Shown here piece after piece: positions 1 through 13,611 of a DNA stretch of 64,000 nt (its first letter is position 1; every line of letters begins with the position of its first letter). The translations under genes and the position numbers were made by a program. Origin of the DNA: the human T2T-CHM13v2.0 reference genome, Homo sapiens. The notes beneath the pieces were generated by a model. It saw only the letters and a list, made by a program, of their open reading frames with translations. It did not search any database and had not been told where the DNA came from. Location of the stretch: NCBI RefSeq assembly GCF_009914755.1, contig NC_060928.1; one strand, 5' to 3'.

Positions 1-59
1 TTGAGCCCTGTCTTCCTATATTCTGACCCATAACTACTTATTTGGCACCTCTATGTGCA

Positions 60-660
60 TGCGCCACTGACACCCACAACACAAACCCATCTTAGATGAA
101 TTAGCCATCTTCAGCCCCCAATCTTCAACTCTTCTTATCGTAGTCTACCTACCTACTCAGGTCAGAAACCTGGTGGCCATCCTTTGGTGCCTCCTTCTCC
201 CTAACCTCCCATATTAAAAGGTCACCAAGTGCTGCCTTAAATAACTCACAGTTTTCCTCTCTTTCACCTTCCTTTAGTGGAGTATTAAGTCAACTCTGAT
301 TTATCTATTCTCTAGGCTAATGCAAGCACTTATTAAACTGATATCCTCCTACTCGATCATTTTGTATCCTTTACTGGGCAGATGCCAGTAAAGAAAAGTG
401 GAACCACTCTGAGTTCTCTGAGAGTTTGAAGTGACGGGAATTTCACGCACGGAGCTGGTTACACAGGTGATGGAAGAACTGAGAAGCCTGCAGAGAACAG
501 TGGAAAAGCCTGGAAATAAGCAGTGCTAAGTCTCCCCCACTAGCCTATGAGTTCCTTGAGGCAGAGAACATATACCAGTCAGCCTTTATGTCTCAGCATC
601 TGGCATAATACAATCGTTTAAATATAGTAAACAACCATTAAAAGTTGAAAGAATGAATTA
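60..660 (+). mobile_element. Degraded L2 LINE fragments (approximate bounds)
   Basis: C/T-rich L2-like body and an L2 3'-end-like tract (gagttccttgaggcagagaac...tggcata...gaaagaatgaat). Confidence 0.5.
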
Positions 661-2029
661 GCCATTCTAACAAGCTAAAATATTTTGACTTGGAAGTTTC
701 TAGAAAACTTTCCCTACTTCAGGCTCAACATTTAACTATATCTTACCATGGAAACAACAAAAACTATTTGAGCTTCTGATTATTTAGATTCTTGAATGTA
801 AGCCATTTAGGCTGTCACTGTGTGAAATGTAAATTTTATCATATCTATTTAAAGAAATTGGATTCATCATCAAAAAAGATTTTTACATTTTTTTAAAAAA
901 TGGATCTTTATAGTTTTAAGAGTAGATATTAGATTAAGAATGCTAAAACTCTGTGCTATATTAGTACAGGCTCAGAGTTTCATATACTGAGTCTCATGCC
1001 ATGCGGTTCATTTTATTGGAATCCATACTCCAGTTGGCATATCAGTGTCATATGTGCCCCATGTATTAAAATGTGTTCCATGTGATTTTCTTAGATGATT
1101 ATCATTCAGTGTAGCATCACAACTACATGACTCTGTTCAGTCATTGGGTTGATTAATTTCAAAATTTTTCAGAACACAAGACTAACAAAAAGTCTGACTA
1201 CACAGTTGGGTAGACCAAATGGGGCTATTTAGGATGCGACAAAGGTAAAAGAAGATTATGTTCCCTGAAGCACACACTAGGCTACAGCTGGGAAAAATCA
1301 ATAATAAATAAGAACATGGACTTTAGCAACAATGGTAATAAAGAATGCATGTATTTTAAAGGTATTATAACAAAACAAGACTAAGGAATAAGCACAACAA
1401 ACACATATTAATAGTTAACATAACACTAGATGATGTAAAGATAAAAGATTAGAAATTAACAGCAAACCTGAAGGATACAGTGATGAATTTCTGCTTTAGA
1501 ATGTACTTAATGGTGACAGTGAAAAGAAAAACATTCATTTAGACAGAAGGTTCTATTAGAAACAGGTGTTTTGTGGTTGATTACAATTATGGTTTAGATT
1601 GGTTTATTTATCAGGCCATTTTTCACTGAATGTCTTTGTCACATACAAATTATGGTTGTTTTTTTTTTTTTTTCTTATCCTAAGGGGCGTTTCTTTTTAC
1701 TGGCATGTATACTAGTATATACAGGTGACTTGTCCTGGTAATTTATTTTTATTGTGTTTGATAGGGAATTCTTTTGCTGGCAAGTAAATATGTATTTCTT
1801 CTCTTCCTTGCTGTCTTGGTTAATAAACAAAACCCAAATCAAATATTTCTCCCTTTTTAAAAGTCGTTTAACATCTCTAGGTCTAAGATTTCTCAGCATA
1901 CCTCCCTTTTTTCAGTTCAGGGAGGTGGGCTAGATGATTGTTTGAGGTTTCCTTGGCCTTTAATGTATGCAATTATTGGTAATGAGATTCTGATATGTGT
2001 GTTGATGAGCATCACTACTACAGCTTTTT

Positions 2030-2620
2030 CTGGTTGGAGGCAATAAAGATGGGAGCAAATTAGCACAAGGAAAGTGGAATTTGGTGTCAGGATACCAAAG
2101 AGAGATCACAAGGAGCTAAAGCACTGAACGTGTTCAGACCTCAGGAGAACTAGAAACAGAAGTAGACAGTCTTCGTGAACCTGTTCATTCACTCTCTAAC
2201 AATAAACTCTGCCCTTATGGCTACTTTCTGCATTTTTCTCCATTTTCTTTCTTTCTCTACAGGCTAGCTTCCTCTTTTGATTCACAGTCTCTCCTCTCTT
2301 GTAACCTCATAATAGCAGTGCAGCCCTAATTCTTAGTTGTATCTTTGCACTTGGTCCCACAACTCCTGCCTCAGATCCTTTGTCTAACAAGCAAATTCCT
2401 GAGAAAGGACTCTGATTGGTCCATCTCAACTTTTTCGAGCCAGGCTTATGTTTATTGACTGCCTGTGAAGCAACTGCTCTTGAATCAGGTATCTACTCCT
2501 ATTCCAAAGATGGGAGGAGAGCGGCCTCATGTGAGATAGAATGTGACTCTGTTCAAGCAGCAGGAATTACAGGCAGGCAGTCTCCATCACAGAAGAACTG
2601 CGGAAATCATAGGCAGTGAT
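2030..2620. mobile_element. Old MaLR LTR remnant (MLT1J/K-like), approximate
   Basis: Motif aaattcctgagaaaggactctgattggtcc resembles MLT1J/K LTRs; locally higher GC. Confidence 0.4.
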
Positions 2621-3313
2621 GCACAGCTCTACTCTAATAGGCTTTCCGGGGAAGCAGCCCAAGTTTTACGAAGGGCAGATCTCAGAGCTCAGCTAAACTG
2701 GCATGAATATTTTACGGGGAACAGAGGCCTGTACTTGGGACTGCTTTTAATATATATTAAAATCAATGAAAGATAAAACATAAATATGAACAAGGGCTTT
2801 GGTTCTTTCCCCAAAAGATATACACACATATTACAAAAATACATGTAATGCCTTTCTTGAGAATAGTTAGAAAAGGAGGAATTGCTTGAATGATCCTTTT
2901 GAGTGGATGCTCTATTACTAGATGTTAAAGAAATATCCTGTCTCTTTCCTAACATAGTCTGAGACGTGCAGACTATGGGGGCAGTGAACAAGGGACCCTC
3001 ACTTTTGCAGCTCACTGTGATGTCTTCTTAGATCTCATTCTGGTAAAACACATACCTCAACATATTTGAACATATTTGCCTACAGTGCATAGCTGTTTTT
3101 CCTATTCCAAATGCTAGATAATTAATGGATTTTAATAAAATGATTTCTTATGGTAAAATAGCAAATTAGAAACCATCTTATGTCAGACTTCCCTAGCATA
3201 AAGTTTTGAAGGATACATTAAAATCTCCAGATAAGCATGTTCATACACATATTTTTCATGATAAACAATGGTAAAACATTTTTAAATCTTTTACTCATAC
3301 TAAAAAGAGGTAT

Positions 3314-3317
<4 letters not shown>

Positions 3318-3349
<32 letters not shown>
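3318..3349. repeat. (AT)16 microsatellite
   Basis: Perfect AT dinucleotide run, read directly. Confidence 0.95.
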
Positions 3350-3353
<4 letters not shown>

Positions 3354-3723
3354 CCACTTTTTCTTTATTCATCCATTGATAGGTACTTAGGTTGATTCCA
3401 TATTTTGCCTATTATGGATTAATGCTACAATAAAAATGGGAGTGCAGATATCTCATTGATATATTGTTTCATTTCTTTTGGCATGTACCCAGCAGTGGAA
3501 TTGCTAGATCACGTGATAGTTCTGTTTTCAATTTTTTGAGGAACTTCCATACTGTTTTCTGTAGTCGCTGTACTTTGCATTCCTCCCCGTATACAAGGGT
3601 TCCCTTTTCTCCACATCCTTTCCAGTATCCATTACTGCCTGTTTTTTTAATAAAAGCCACTGTAACTGGGGTCAGATGATATCTCATTGTGGTTTTGATT
3701 TGCTTTTCTCTGATGATTAGTGA
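3350..3723 (-). mobile_element. L1 fragment (end of ORF2), flanked by a 19-bp direct repeat
   Basis: Minus-strand [11 protein letters not shown]...CGEKGTL...[24 protein letters not shown] matches the L1 ORF2p C-terminus. Flanks TAAAAAGAG(G/A)TATTTTCAT at 3301-3319 and 3724-3742. Confidence 0.9.
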
Positions 3724-3748
3724 TAAAAAGAGATATTTTCATGTAATG

Positions 3749-3968
3749 CAGTGTTTCTCAACCTTACCACTATTGACATTTTGAACCAGACAATTCTTTA
3801 TTATGGGGGCCTGTGCTGTGCATTGTAGTAAGTGAAGGAGCATCTCTGGCCTCTACTCACAGATGCTAGTAGCACACCACTAATCTCACTGGTGACAACC
3901 AAAACTGTTTTCAGTCACTGCTAAATGTACCTAACATGAGGGAAAAATCAGCCTGTCCTTAAAACTAT
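3749..3968 (+). mobile_element. MER20 hAT-family DNA transposon relic
   Basis: Starts cagtgtttctcaaccttaccactattgacattttg and contains agatgctagtagcac and gtgacaaccaaaa, as in the MER20 consensus. Confidence 0.85.
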
Positions 3969-4089
3969 AAATCTAGGAAGAATGTTACCTTTATTCTCCA
4001 AAAGAGTGACTTTTGTTTAACATAATTTTCTTATACTATACCTTTAATCATCTCTAGATTTTAAAAAAAACATATATATGTTGTTTTGG

Positions 4090-4390
<301 letters not shown>

Positions 4391-5671
4391 TTAAAATGTC
4401 GTTTTGGAGTTTCATTGAGTGCTACTGGTTTGGTATTGTCTATCTTGCCTTTCCTCAATGAGTCAAATTCTGTCATGCCTGAATTAGCCCAACTAATTTT
4501 ATTAGCAAGCTCATATCCATTAATCACATTAACTTACCTCGGTGTCAAAGAATTCCCTATGGCCCACAGTTTCTAAATATGTCACACTTTCTCTCAAGAA
4601 ATAGCTTGCACACTTGAGAAAGATGGTGGAACACTTGTAAACTCACCTAGAAGGAAAGTAATTTTAATGCTGTTGGCCAAAGAGCATTAATTTCTTTCTG
4701 AAAAATGTCCCATCTTCTCTGGAGTGCTTGCACTTTGGACTAATGAAGAATTAATAGAAAACTTGTTGTGTAAGAGAACAAAAATACAGCAATTTAGAGG
4801 CTTTCTTTTCTACCTAAAAATAGAATCCACCAAAACGAAGTCATAGGCTTTATTATATTCAGATGTCACTGTTAACCTTTATATTAAGGGACGGATAAAA
4901 AAATTGTTTAAAATATAATAAGTAGTTTCTCTGACTTGCAAATAATAAACACTTTCATGGAAAATTTGCCCATCTCACAAGGTTTGTGTGAGAACAAATG
5001 TTATAATAGATATGAAAGGGTTATGAGAACCACGAGCACAGAGCACGCCACAGGAGAAGGGAATTATTGTCATACATGTGGCTTTATATAGATTGTAGAA
5101 AAAGGAGAAATTGGTGTATTTTAGTCCTTCCATAATGTTCATTATTATCATCACAATTATTATTATCTTCAAAAAGGTTTTATTAAGGTTATCAATATCA
5201 TATGTCTGTATTTTTATTTATCATAGAATCAGGTCCTAGATTAGGCTACTAACTCCAGAAATGCATTAAAAGACCAGGTGTGAAGGGCACTTGCTCCCCC
5301 TTACCTACTCACAGGTGTAATATGCTAGCATATGTTCATTTTCACTGGATAACTTCTATAGCAAATTGGGTACATTATTGCTTGAATTTATAACCACGAT
5401 ATAATTTTTACTCAATATGTATTGAAAACAGAATGAGTTGTATAACAAAGGTTTCACCACATGGCATGTAGCTCTTTCTCTACAGGAAACAAAAATAGTT
5501 TCCAAAGAGGAAAGGGGAAAAGTCTATACCCATACACGCACACACACACAGAGGTCTAAGCAGGGATTACCCATGTTTTTTCCTTTCTGTTCTCCACTTA
5601 CCACACAGAGTAAGTAAATGATAATAAATGCTATGTATTAATATAGCATTTATCATTCAGTGTTATTTTGC

Positions 5672-5840
5672 CATTTTTAAAGTTGACAAATTAAAATTGT
5701 GTATATTTATTGTGTACAACATGGTGTTTTCAAATATCTGTACATTGTGGAATGGCTAAATAAAGCTAATTAACCAATGTGTTACTTCATATACTTCTCT
5801 TTTGTGGTAAAATTTACTCTTACCAATTTTCAAGATAGTC
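5672..5840 (-). mobile_element. L1MA-type 3' end fragment
   Basis: ttgacaaattaaaattgtgtatatttattgtgtacaacatgg...tacattgtggaatggctaaa is the antisense of an L1MA 3' terminus. Confidence 0.7.
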
Positions 5841-6397
5841 CCTTATAGTTTATAATCATATATTTTCACCATTACACATTAAAGCTTTATAGAAAAGAAT
5901 TGTGGAGCAAGGATTTTGCCGCAGGTTTCATTGTGAGGAATCCTGTGTGGCACTCGTAAGAATCTGTATGCTAATGAGGAATCGGTATAAGCTGACACAT
6001 GTATTCCATTGTTGACAATGCTGACTGCCATAGCAAAATTTACACTATGACTGTGGTTGATACTTAATTTTCCTATACTGGCTGAATTATAAACAAGAAC
6101 CCAACACCAAGACTTAGAATTCATTACAGACAATTGTTTATTTTCATGGCCAACTGAGTCCATCTGCCTACAAATTCTTATATAAACATCTCTTTAAAAA
6201 TAGAAATGCTTATGAAAATGAGCATACACACTCTATTTGGAAGTGTAATACTAATGTGTACATAGCAATTAAAAATTTTGAAGATAATTTATTTGTTTAG
6301 CATGTTATGGTTTCTAAAGTACCTTAACCTTAATTTTCTCAATTGATGCTCACAAAAAACCAGTAAAATGCTACTTTTTCATTTTAGAAATAAGGCA

Positions 6398-6712
6398 AGT
6401 CAGGAACAGTGGCTCACACTTGTAATCCCAGTACTTTGGGAGGCTGAGGCCAGAGGAGCAGTTGAGGCCAGGAATTTGAGACCAGCCTGAGCAACAGAGA
6501 AAGACCCGGTCTCAAAAAAAGAAAAAGAAAAAAAAAATAGCCAGGTGTGATGGTGCATGCCTGTAGTCCCAAGTACTTGAAAGGCTGAAAGATAGGATTC
6601 TTTAAGCCCAGGAATCTGAGGCTGCTGTGAGCTAGGATGGCACCACTGCACTCCAGCCAGGATGGCCAAGTGAGACTGTCTCTAAAAGAAAAGAAGAGAA
6701 AAGAAAAAAAAG
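6398..6712 (+). mobile_element. Alu (AluJ-like)
   Basis: Dimeric Alu with J-type segments (ttgaggccaggaatttgagaccagcctgagcaacagag; tttaagcccagga) and an A-rich tail. Confidence 0.92.
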
Positions 6713-8155
6713 AGGCATCTTAGGTGCAAGAGATTATGTCATTCACGCATAATTAGGCTTACATGTGGTAGAGCTTAAAATCAAGCAGTTTTGTAATATA
6801 AACCCATAATCTGCCCAATTCATTTTCCTCCAAAAAGTCACAATGTTAAGAACTTGTAGAGGATGCAAATGAGAATGGTAGTAACTGAGGACTGTAAGTA
6901 GCCTGAGGGTTATTTTTTTTTTTTTACATGAAGGTAAGGTGGAAGGAGGTTTCATATCTTTAGAAAGGATATTGTGTGACTAACAGTCAAACGTGAATAT
7001 CCTTTTGCTATTAAACAAGAAAGAATGTCTTTAAATTATTGCAAGGTGGTTTCTGAGTAAATAGTATAAATGTTCTTCAATATGGTTAAAAGACCCTGGA
7101 ATTCATTGTGAGGAATGAATATTGTTTTATATTTTAAGATTTTTCAGAAATGCATAAATATCCATTTGGAAGTCTATATGAAGTGCAGTTTGCCCAGATG
7201 TTAGACATGATTCTAATCATTCTTTTTCCCCACTGGTATATATAACAGTGGCAGTACAGGAACACTGTGCAGGAGGTACATAGTGTGTTCTTAATAGTCA
7301 CTAAGGCATTCACAAAGTCACTATTGCCATATGAATGTCTTAGAAAAAGTGAACTTTCTGTTTTTATTATGTTGAGATTCATATCAAAGACTTTAGGATT
7401 TTACTGCTGCCAATTTATTTTCCTTTAATGGGCAATTTTACCTTGTATTAATAGAGTTGTTAAAAACAGAAAATAACTAAAGTGCTAAGATTATTATTTG
7501 GAAAACCATCCCTTCCAGCAACTTGAGCCATTTATAGTGAGCCCAATATTCCTGTCTCTAACTGCCAGGGGAAACCTAAGTAGAAAGAAAAAGTTCAGGG
7601 GGATATCCTCTGTAATATTTTGCGAAGGTGAAGAAACAAACTTTCAAGATCAATTTCAACTCTGAATTCAAACCACTTCCTGAAATGAAACAGGAATGTG
7701 GTAAGAGAGAAATGTTGAATAGTGCCACCACTGAGGTTAGTCTTCAGACCAAATAAACATCTCCATTTGTATGTGCCTCATAACTACTTTTCAGGACTCA
7801 TCCATCGATAAGTTGTAATTCAAAGAAAAATCCAGATAAGGGCAAATTGATAACCTTTATGTGTTAAACGAGCAGTGTTCATTCAAAAGAATTTGGGGTG
7901 TGAAAAACACCCTTTCCTTTTCAGTGCATTCAGTTTTAGTTATTATTTATCAGGCATTCCTCTCCAAAACAGAACTGTAATATAATGTCCAGAGGTCAAT
8001 GTTTGTGAACATAGATTCCTCTGTACAATTTCTCTTTATGGCCTTCCCCATGACATCATTACCTTAACTTCAAACTTTAAAATTCAATTACATCTATTTG
8101 CTCTATATTGGTGGAAATGTTTATATATACTTTCAAGTATAGTTCTAGTACTTTT

Positions 8156-8156
<1 letters not shown>

Positions 8157-8190
<34 letters not shown>

Positions 8191-8496
8191 AATTATATAT
8201 TTTTTTAGAGACAAGGTATTGCTCCATCACCCAGGCTGGAGTACAGTGACATAATCCTGGCTTACTGCAGCCTCAGTCTCCTGGGCACAAGAGATCCTGC
8301 TACATCAGCCTCCCAAGTAGCTGGTATTATAAGCATGTACCACCACACCAAACTAACTTTAAAAAAATTATTTTTTGTAGAAATGAGGTCTCATAACGTT
8401 CCGTAGGCTGGTCTTGAACTCCTGGGCTCAAGGGATTCTCCTGCCTTGGCCTCCCAAATTGCTGGAATTACAGACATGATCCACAGTGCCAGGCCC
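8157..8496 (-). mobile_element. Alu (AluJ-like), antisense, with (TTTA)n tail
   Basis: Antisense Alu body; perfect 12-bp TSD CTAGTACTTTTA at 8145-8156 and 8497-8508. Confidence 0.93.
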
Positions 8497-8615
8497 CTAG
8501 TACTTTTAACCTATTGGTTACCTTATACCTCTAGGTGCAAATTTTAATATATTCAAATGTAATCTCTTACAGGACATCCTACATGTTATTAAACCTTAGA
8601 TGATAATGATAGTAA

Positions 8616-8878
<263 letters not shown>

Positions 8879-9994
8879 GGCTTTATGTTGCATGTTTTAA
8901 TGTTGTTGTTGTTTTGTTTCATTTTAAACTTTTGGAAGTGGGCAAAGGGGAGAGAAGCAAGAATATATAGATGAATATATAAATGGGGTGTCATATACTT
9001 ATGAAGGTCTATTACAAACCCTCATGTAGTTAAGGGCTTTTTACAAATTATAGGCAACACATCAAAATTAACTACCAGTTTTAACAAGGAAATATCTGAA
9101 CTGTAACCTGTTATTATAGGATATGTAAAGTGGTGGCTCTTTATTCTTTGGTGTCACCTTTAGTCATTCTTTTGAGAAACAGATGAAACCTATATATTCA
9201 TAAACTCATATATGCCTCAAATTTTCCTGTTGTTTCAGAGTGTTCATAAGCCCCTTGAAATCCTTCCATGTACCATGAACACTAAGCTGAAAATCCAATT
9301 ACGGGTCAAAATATAACAATTAATGTCTAAATTCACCAATGCCCCAAAACAATATACAAGTGAAAAAAATATATATCTGTGATGAAATTTCTAGTGGTTG
9401 GTTATTTAGTTGATAGCTTTGGTCTTCATTTGCACAGTAAAATAACATCAATTGTTCTTGGCAAAATGATCTTTGAAATTTTTTCACTCTTTCTGTACCC
9501 CAAGGACTTTCAACTTCAGTTAAAAATCTCTGAGTTAAAAGTCTTTGGGAGAAATGGTAAAATAAACTAACAGTTCCCTTGAGTCTATTGATAGCTACAA
9601 CAAAAAGCCTACTAATCCAAGATTGGTGGTTAATCATTAGTTATGGTTCATATACTATAAATCAATTGTAATTTTTCTGTTACCAATGTAACTTCCGTCA
9701 GACATGCCCAATGTGTAAAGGGATGAATTACCCTTCTGAAGTATCCTGGGAGAGTAATTCCATGACTCAATTTAATAGGCTAATCAACCATGACATGTGT
9801 AAGTATATGGATTAGTCAAGAATATATAAAAAGTTGATTGGTTTAAAAAAAAAGAGCAACTAGATTTTTTTTGCAAGAAAGAATATGGTTTACATTGTCA
9901 GATTACAGAGTCTCACTTCAGGCATTTCCCAAATTATTACCAGCATCTACCAGTGGGAATAATACAAAGGAAGGAAAATATTTGAGAATCATGA

Positions 9995-10140
9995 AGTTGA
10001 ATACATTTCATTTTACAACTGGGAAAACTGAGACAGAAAAGGGAGAAGTACCTTATATAAGGGAATAATAAGGTAATGGCAGAACTGGGACTAAAATCCG
10101 TGTATCCTGATTCCCATGCCTGTGCTTTTCCCACTCCACT
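9995..10140 (-). mobile_element. MIR SINE
   Basis: Antisense MIR core: cattttacaactgggaaaactgagacaga...gtaatggcagaactgggact. Confidence 0.7.
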
Positions 10141-10449
10141 GCCATTCAAGTGCACTTAGAAGTCAACTCCTATTTTCAGGTTGTGCACCACTGCTTTAAT
10201 CCCTTCGGAGCCAACCCAGTTCTTTGTAGCTTGTTGTCTAGCGAACAGACAATGACCTTTCCAAAGAGAAACACAAACCATTCATCTATCATCTATGCCC
10301 TACTCTTTTTTCTGGCACCAATTTTCTCTGTAAGAGCCTCACACTAGTTCTCATAGCTTCCCTTTCTCTTCCTCTGTCTTTCCCACTTCCTCTTCCCTCA
10401 CAGATTTGGTTTTCCTTTCCCTAAATGTTATCAATATCCTGGAAAGGCC

Positions 10450-10680
10450 ATAAGGTATAGCAGAGAAAGTATGACATCTAGTGTCAGAGGACCAAGGTTG
10501 GGCATAAACTCCACAATTTTCTGACTTCTTGACCTTGAACAAATTATGTAAATTTGTTAAGACTTAGTTTTATCAGTTGTATAGTATATCAGTTGTATAG
10601 TAATGGGCTAATACCCCCTTACTCATTATTGGAACAATCTTATGAACTAATCAATATGACAATACATAGTAAGTCCTAAA
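10450..10680 (+). mobile_element. MIR SINE containing a 16-bp tandem duplication
   Basis: gtgaccttgaacaaatt...cttagtttt MIR core; TATCAGTTGTATAGTA x2 at 10571-10602. Confidence 0.6.
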
Positions 10681-10903
10681 TTATATTTCTCTAAAGTAGT
10701 TGTGCCTTATATAGCCTTATTAGGTACTGGGCAAACTGCATACTCAGGATAGTTTTCTAACTCCCAGGGGTATCGGTGATTAAAATAGAGATAAAGTTGC
10801 TCAATTAAAAATACACTAATTGAGTGCCTATTATCTGCCACACACTCACTATTTTGGCCCTGAGAATAATATTCCAGAAGCTGAGTAGAAATTTGCCAGT
10901 GGA

Positions 10904-11106
10904 CATAGAGCTGAAGACAATAGATACTGGGTACTCCAAGAGTGGGGAGAAGGGGAGTGTGGCAAGTGTTGAAAAACTACCTATTGAGTGCTATATTCAT
11001 GATTTGGGTGATGGGTTTAACAGAAGCCCAAACCTCAGCATCATACAATATAGTCATGTTACAAACCTGCACATGTACCTCCTAAATCTAAAATTTTAAA
11101 GAAAAA
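10904..11106 (+). mobile_element. 5'-truncated L1 3' end (old L1PA/L1PB-type)
   Basis: gaaaaactacctattgagtgcta...aaacctgcacatgtacctcctaaatctaaaa plus A-tail. Degenerate TSD agaaatttgccagtgga / agaaacttttcagtgga. Confidence 0.85.
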
Positions 11107-11262
11107 AGAAACTTTTCAGTGGAATACACTTGGGACTTTGAGTCAAGAGACTTGTGGCCTAACCAGTTGATGCCCTTCAGTAAGCCATTTCACCTCCCTG
11201 GGCTTCAGATCCACCAACCTTAAAAAAAAGTGATTGGATGAAACTGTTCCTAAATTTCCTAC

Positions 11263-11640
11263 TGTATTAGTCTGTTTTCATATTGCTATAAAGATGCTAC
11301 CCAAGACTAGGTAATTTACAAACAAGAGAGGTTTAATGGACTCGCAGTTCTGCATGGCTGGGGAGGTGTCAGGAAACTTAACAATCATAGCAGAAGAGGA
11401 AGCAGGCATGTCTTACATGGTGGCAGGTGGGAGAGAGAATACCAAGGGGGAGGAACCCCATACTTACCAAAAAAAACAGGTCTCATGAGAATTCACTCAC
11501 TATCACAAGAACATCATGGGGAAATCACCCCTATGATCCGATTACCTCCCACCGGGCCCTCCCTTGACACCTGGGGATTACAATTTGGATTACAATTCAA
11601 GATGAGATTTGGGTGCAGGACACAGAACCAAACTATATCA
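11263..11640 (-). mobile_element. Solo MaLR LTR (MSTA/MSTB-like)
   Basis: TG...CA termini (tgtattagtctgttttca ... aaccaaactatatca) and a perfect 5-bp TSD CCTAC. Confidence 0.92.
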
Positions 11641-12499
11641 CCTACTAAACGCAAATTCCATTGCTTCTGTGATCCTATGTATTAGGGCATGTTCATTTTA
11701 ATTCCCCTGATGTAACATTTCCTAGTCTAAGAAATGACAGTCTGCATTTTTCCTAGGTAAGAGTCTTTTAAAGAATATCTGTTGTCACCTCCTAAGCACA
11801 CATATAAGAATATCCTTATCATATAACATATTGGCATATTTATAGCTGTATTTATTTTAGGCATGAGTAATTAAGAGAATCAAACTTCTTGTCTTATTCC
11901 TTTCCATCAGTCCAGCTCATAGTCATCATGAACGGGTCCATATATTAATGAGCAGGTTTTAGCAATCATGGGATCAATGAGATGTTCTGAATGCACTGGA
12001 AAGCCTTTGGCTAGGTATTCCATAATCGTAACAGCATGTCATTAAACAAAATCAATTTGTTGCTATATTCAAACTCGGTAAGCTCAATATGAGATACTAT
12101 AACTTAACTTACATGAAGCCAGAAGAATAGAGTCAGTTGTCTATTTTTGTGAACTATGTCAATTCATATTTTTCACCAAAGGGATGGCACATAGTCCTGT
12201 AAACACTCTGACATAACAGAATGGTGTCTGGTAAGGGACTGGCACTTCTAGAGGAACCAGGCTACTATGCAACAGATATTCGGCCCTTGGGAGAGACTTC
12301 ATTCCTTGTGCCTCTTGCCCTTAGGTCACCCTCCTGTGACAAAACGTATTACACAAAAGAGTAACCCAGTAACCTCTAGTAATTCCTCCTCCATTTAGGT
12401 GGGGAATCTAAATAAAGAACGTCCATGATGTGCCGTAAGTTGTGTTAGGAGACCAGAACTTTAGTCCATGTGCCATGAGCCATTTACCTTGGTCTTTTC

Positions 12500-13540
12500 A
12501 GAACACATGATGTCATTTCCTTTCTTACTTAAAAGCGGAGACTATACAATATCACCTCCGTCTATGTCACTTAAAATTCTTCTGTTTTTCCTCCCTTACT
12601 TCCACTTAACTTGGAGGAGGATTTTTCTCTTTTTTCTAAGGCTAATCTCTCCATGTCTGCATGTAATCTTCTTGGTACACACTCTTTACAGACTTTGCTC
12701 CCCCATTTTATCTACCTCTCCAGCCCTTCCTCTCTGTTGACTCCCTCTCTTCAGTTTCTGCTTTGAGCACCAGTTTTCTCACAGCTTTGGTTTCTTCTAC
12801 TGCCTCACTACACATTACTCCTCTATCTCCAACAACATGGTTCCCATCCATGCTACTTTCCTATAACAACTCTGCCAAAAATTACCAAAACAATCACTGG
12901 TTCTCAATCTCTACTCTTGACTTCTCCGAATGCTTTAAGAGTAATGACTGACTCTGACTTCAGGACTTCCAAGACCCAGCCCAATTTTTAAATTATTCTT
13001 GTTCTTCTGTCTTTTTGTTATTTCATTATTGACTCCTCTTTTGCCACTAATTGGGAACTGTAAGGATTCTTCACGATTTGATCAGTTTATTGAGTTTAAC
13101 AGCTTTAAATATCTAACCTCCCAAACCACTGAGTTTCCAAAATTTCCAATTGCTCACTGAGCACCTGTATTTGGATTGCCTGCCAGCTCCTCCTCACATG
13201 ACCTCTAGTTCATATCATTTGATTTTCTCAAAACTGGGCCGTCCTCCTTTCCCAAGTGCTAATGAAATTACCATTATCCCATTCAATAGACATAAACTTG
13301 AAGGCAACTGTAATTCCACGTCTCTTTTGTCACTGAGACTTAATCTGTTGCTTCAATTCCACTCTATCTCAATCTTCTCTATTTCCAAATCACTTCTACC
13401 ATCTAAATTAACATCCTCACTATCTGTCACTTCCTGGCCCATTTCCTATCTCAATTTTTCTCATTATTGCCATCTTATTTCGCCTAGAAAAAAAAATGGT
13501 TCCTCTTTCAGAAATCTAAGACCCTCTGCTTATTTCTGTA
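12500..13540 (+). mobile_element. Degraded L2 LINE (approximate)
   Basis: Long C/T-skewed tract with L2-like phrases (ttctcaatctctactcttgacttctcc, ccaattgctcactgagcacctgtatttgga). Confidence 0.55.
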
Positions 13541-13611
13541 AACATATCTGAGGCATTTCAAGCTTAAGTATGTTTTAAATATTTTATCCCATAAACATTT
13601 CATGGAATATA

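Noticed and set aside
3469-3687. ORF resembling a reverse-transcriptase protein C-terminus (also 26620-26814)
   Set aside because: Dead L1 ORF2 fragments with no intact retrotransposon.
7920-7936. 17-mer TTCAGTGCATTCAGTTT repeated at 63601-63617
   Set aside because: A single 17-bp match in 64 kb of AT-rich DNA is compatible with chance, and the flanks do not extend.
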